Source: Schmidtea polychroa
Lineage: Eukaryota
Direction: 5' to 3'
Length of the DNA stretch: 64,000 nt
NCBI GenBank assembly: GCA_044892525.1
Contig: CM097885.1
Location: 2,234,001-2,298,000, forward strand
Below the pieces are notes generated by a model. The model ran no database searches, was not told the DNA's origin, and worked only from the letters and a program-made list of their open reading frames with translations. Below are positions 63,331 to 64,000 of the stretch, piece after piece. Position 1 is the stretch's first letter. The number at the start of each line of letters is the position of its first letter. The translations under genes and the position numbers were made by a program.

Positions 63331-64000
63331 CTGTGGCTTAGTTTTTCGTTTCGGCGGCATTGCTTTAAAAAATAAAAAATTATTTGTACGACAAAAGTTT
63401 GGAATAATTAAATATTTATATATCTATTTTACATACTTACTAAACATAATGAAAAAAGTTGAGTAACTTACCTATTTATTGTTATTATAATAATATTTAT
63501 AACCGAATAATAATAATATAATATCAATAAAAATAATTACCGAATTTTTTTTAAAAATGTATTTTACAAAATGCAAATACTTTCCTTTTCAACTTTCCCA
63601 AAAATCTATTTCTATAATCATAAACGTACTTAAAATACGTGCGCCGTTTATTTCTGTTCGCCCCTAAATATATATAATAACAAGGTATATCATCCCCTAG
63701 AGCAGGGGTTATACGAAGTGCGACCCGCAAGAACATTTAATGGGGCCCACTGATTATTTTTTTGCTATTTTTATAAACATAATGTAAGATCCTTTATTTG
63801 CAAGCACATATATTTGCGAAAAAACATTTTCAATTATGCACTCAAATAAATCGAAGACAAGATCTAAAATGAGTGACAGTCATTTGTTGCCTGTGATCCG
63901 AATTAACACGACATCGTTTGAGCCAAATTTTAATGATAGTAGTAAGATGTGTCACCTCCAGGACATGTCACCTCCAGGACACATATATATAAGTAGGTCA

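Overview
This is AT-rich eukaryotic (animal) genomic DNA with short introns of about 41-50 nt, (AAT)n microsatellites and a local expansion of TRAF-like genes. That combination fits a planarian flatworm, but the organism is an inference. Host genes are multi-exon ankyrin-repeat genes, PPIL1 cyclophilin, an intronless divergent class-A GPCR, and two complete plus one truncated RING-TRAF-MATH genes. There are also pseudogenes: an actin fragment and two mutually homologous divergent Bcl-2-like genes that the ORF track misses. Most of the rest is transposon sequence: Tigger/pogo, piggyBac, MITEs, solo LTRs, one intact young 4.6-kb Ty3/gypsy element with 115-bp LTRs and a -1 frameshift pseudoknot, and a decayed gypsy. 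The most striking feature is a 15.4-kb, essentially non-coding, near-perfect palindrome (20895-36288). It has ~7.2-kb inverted arms, a 0.9-kb spacer, 5'-AGTAG...CTACT-3' ends and a 6-bp TSD (ACCGAA), which are Polinton/Maverick-type ends, and each arm carries a mirrored 3.7-kb nested TIR element. The second highlight is a multi-stem RNA-like motif with compensatory base changes that is conserved among otherwise unalignable LTR-like repeats (4 copies). All calls were made by eye; no database searches were run.
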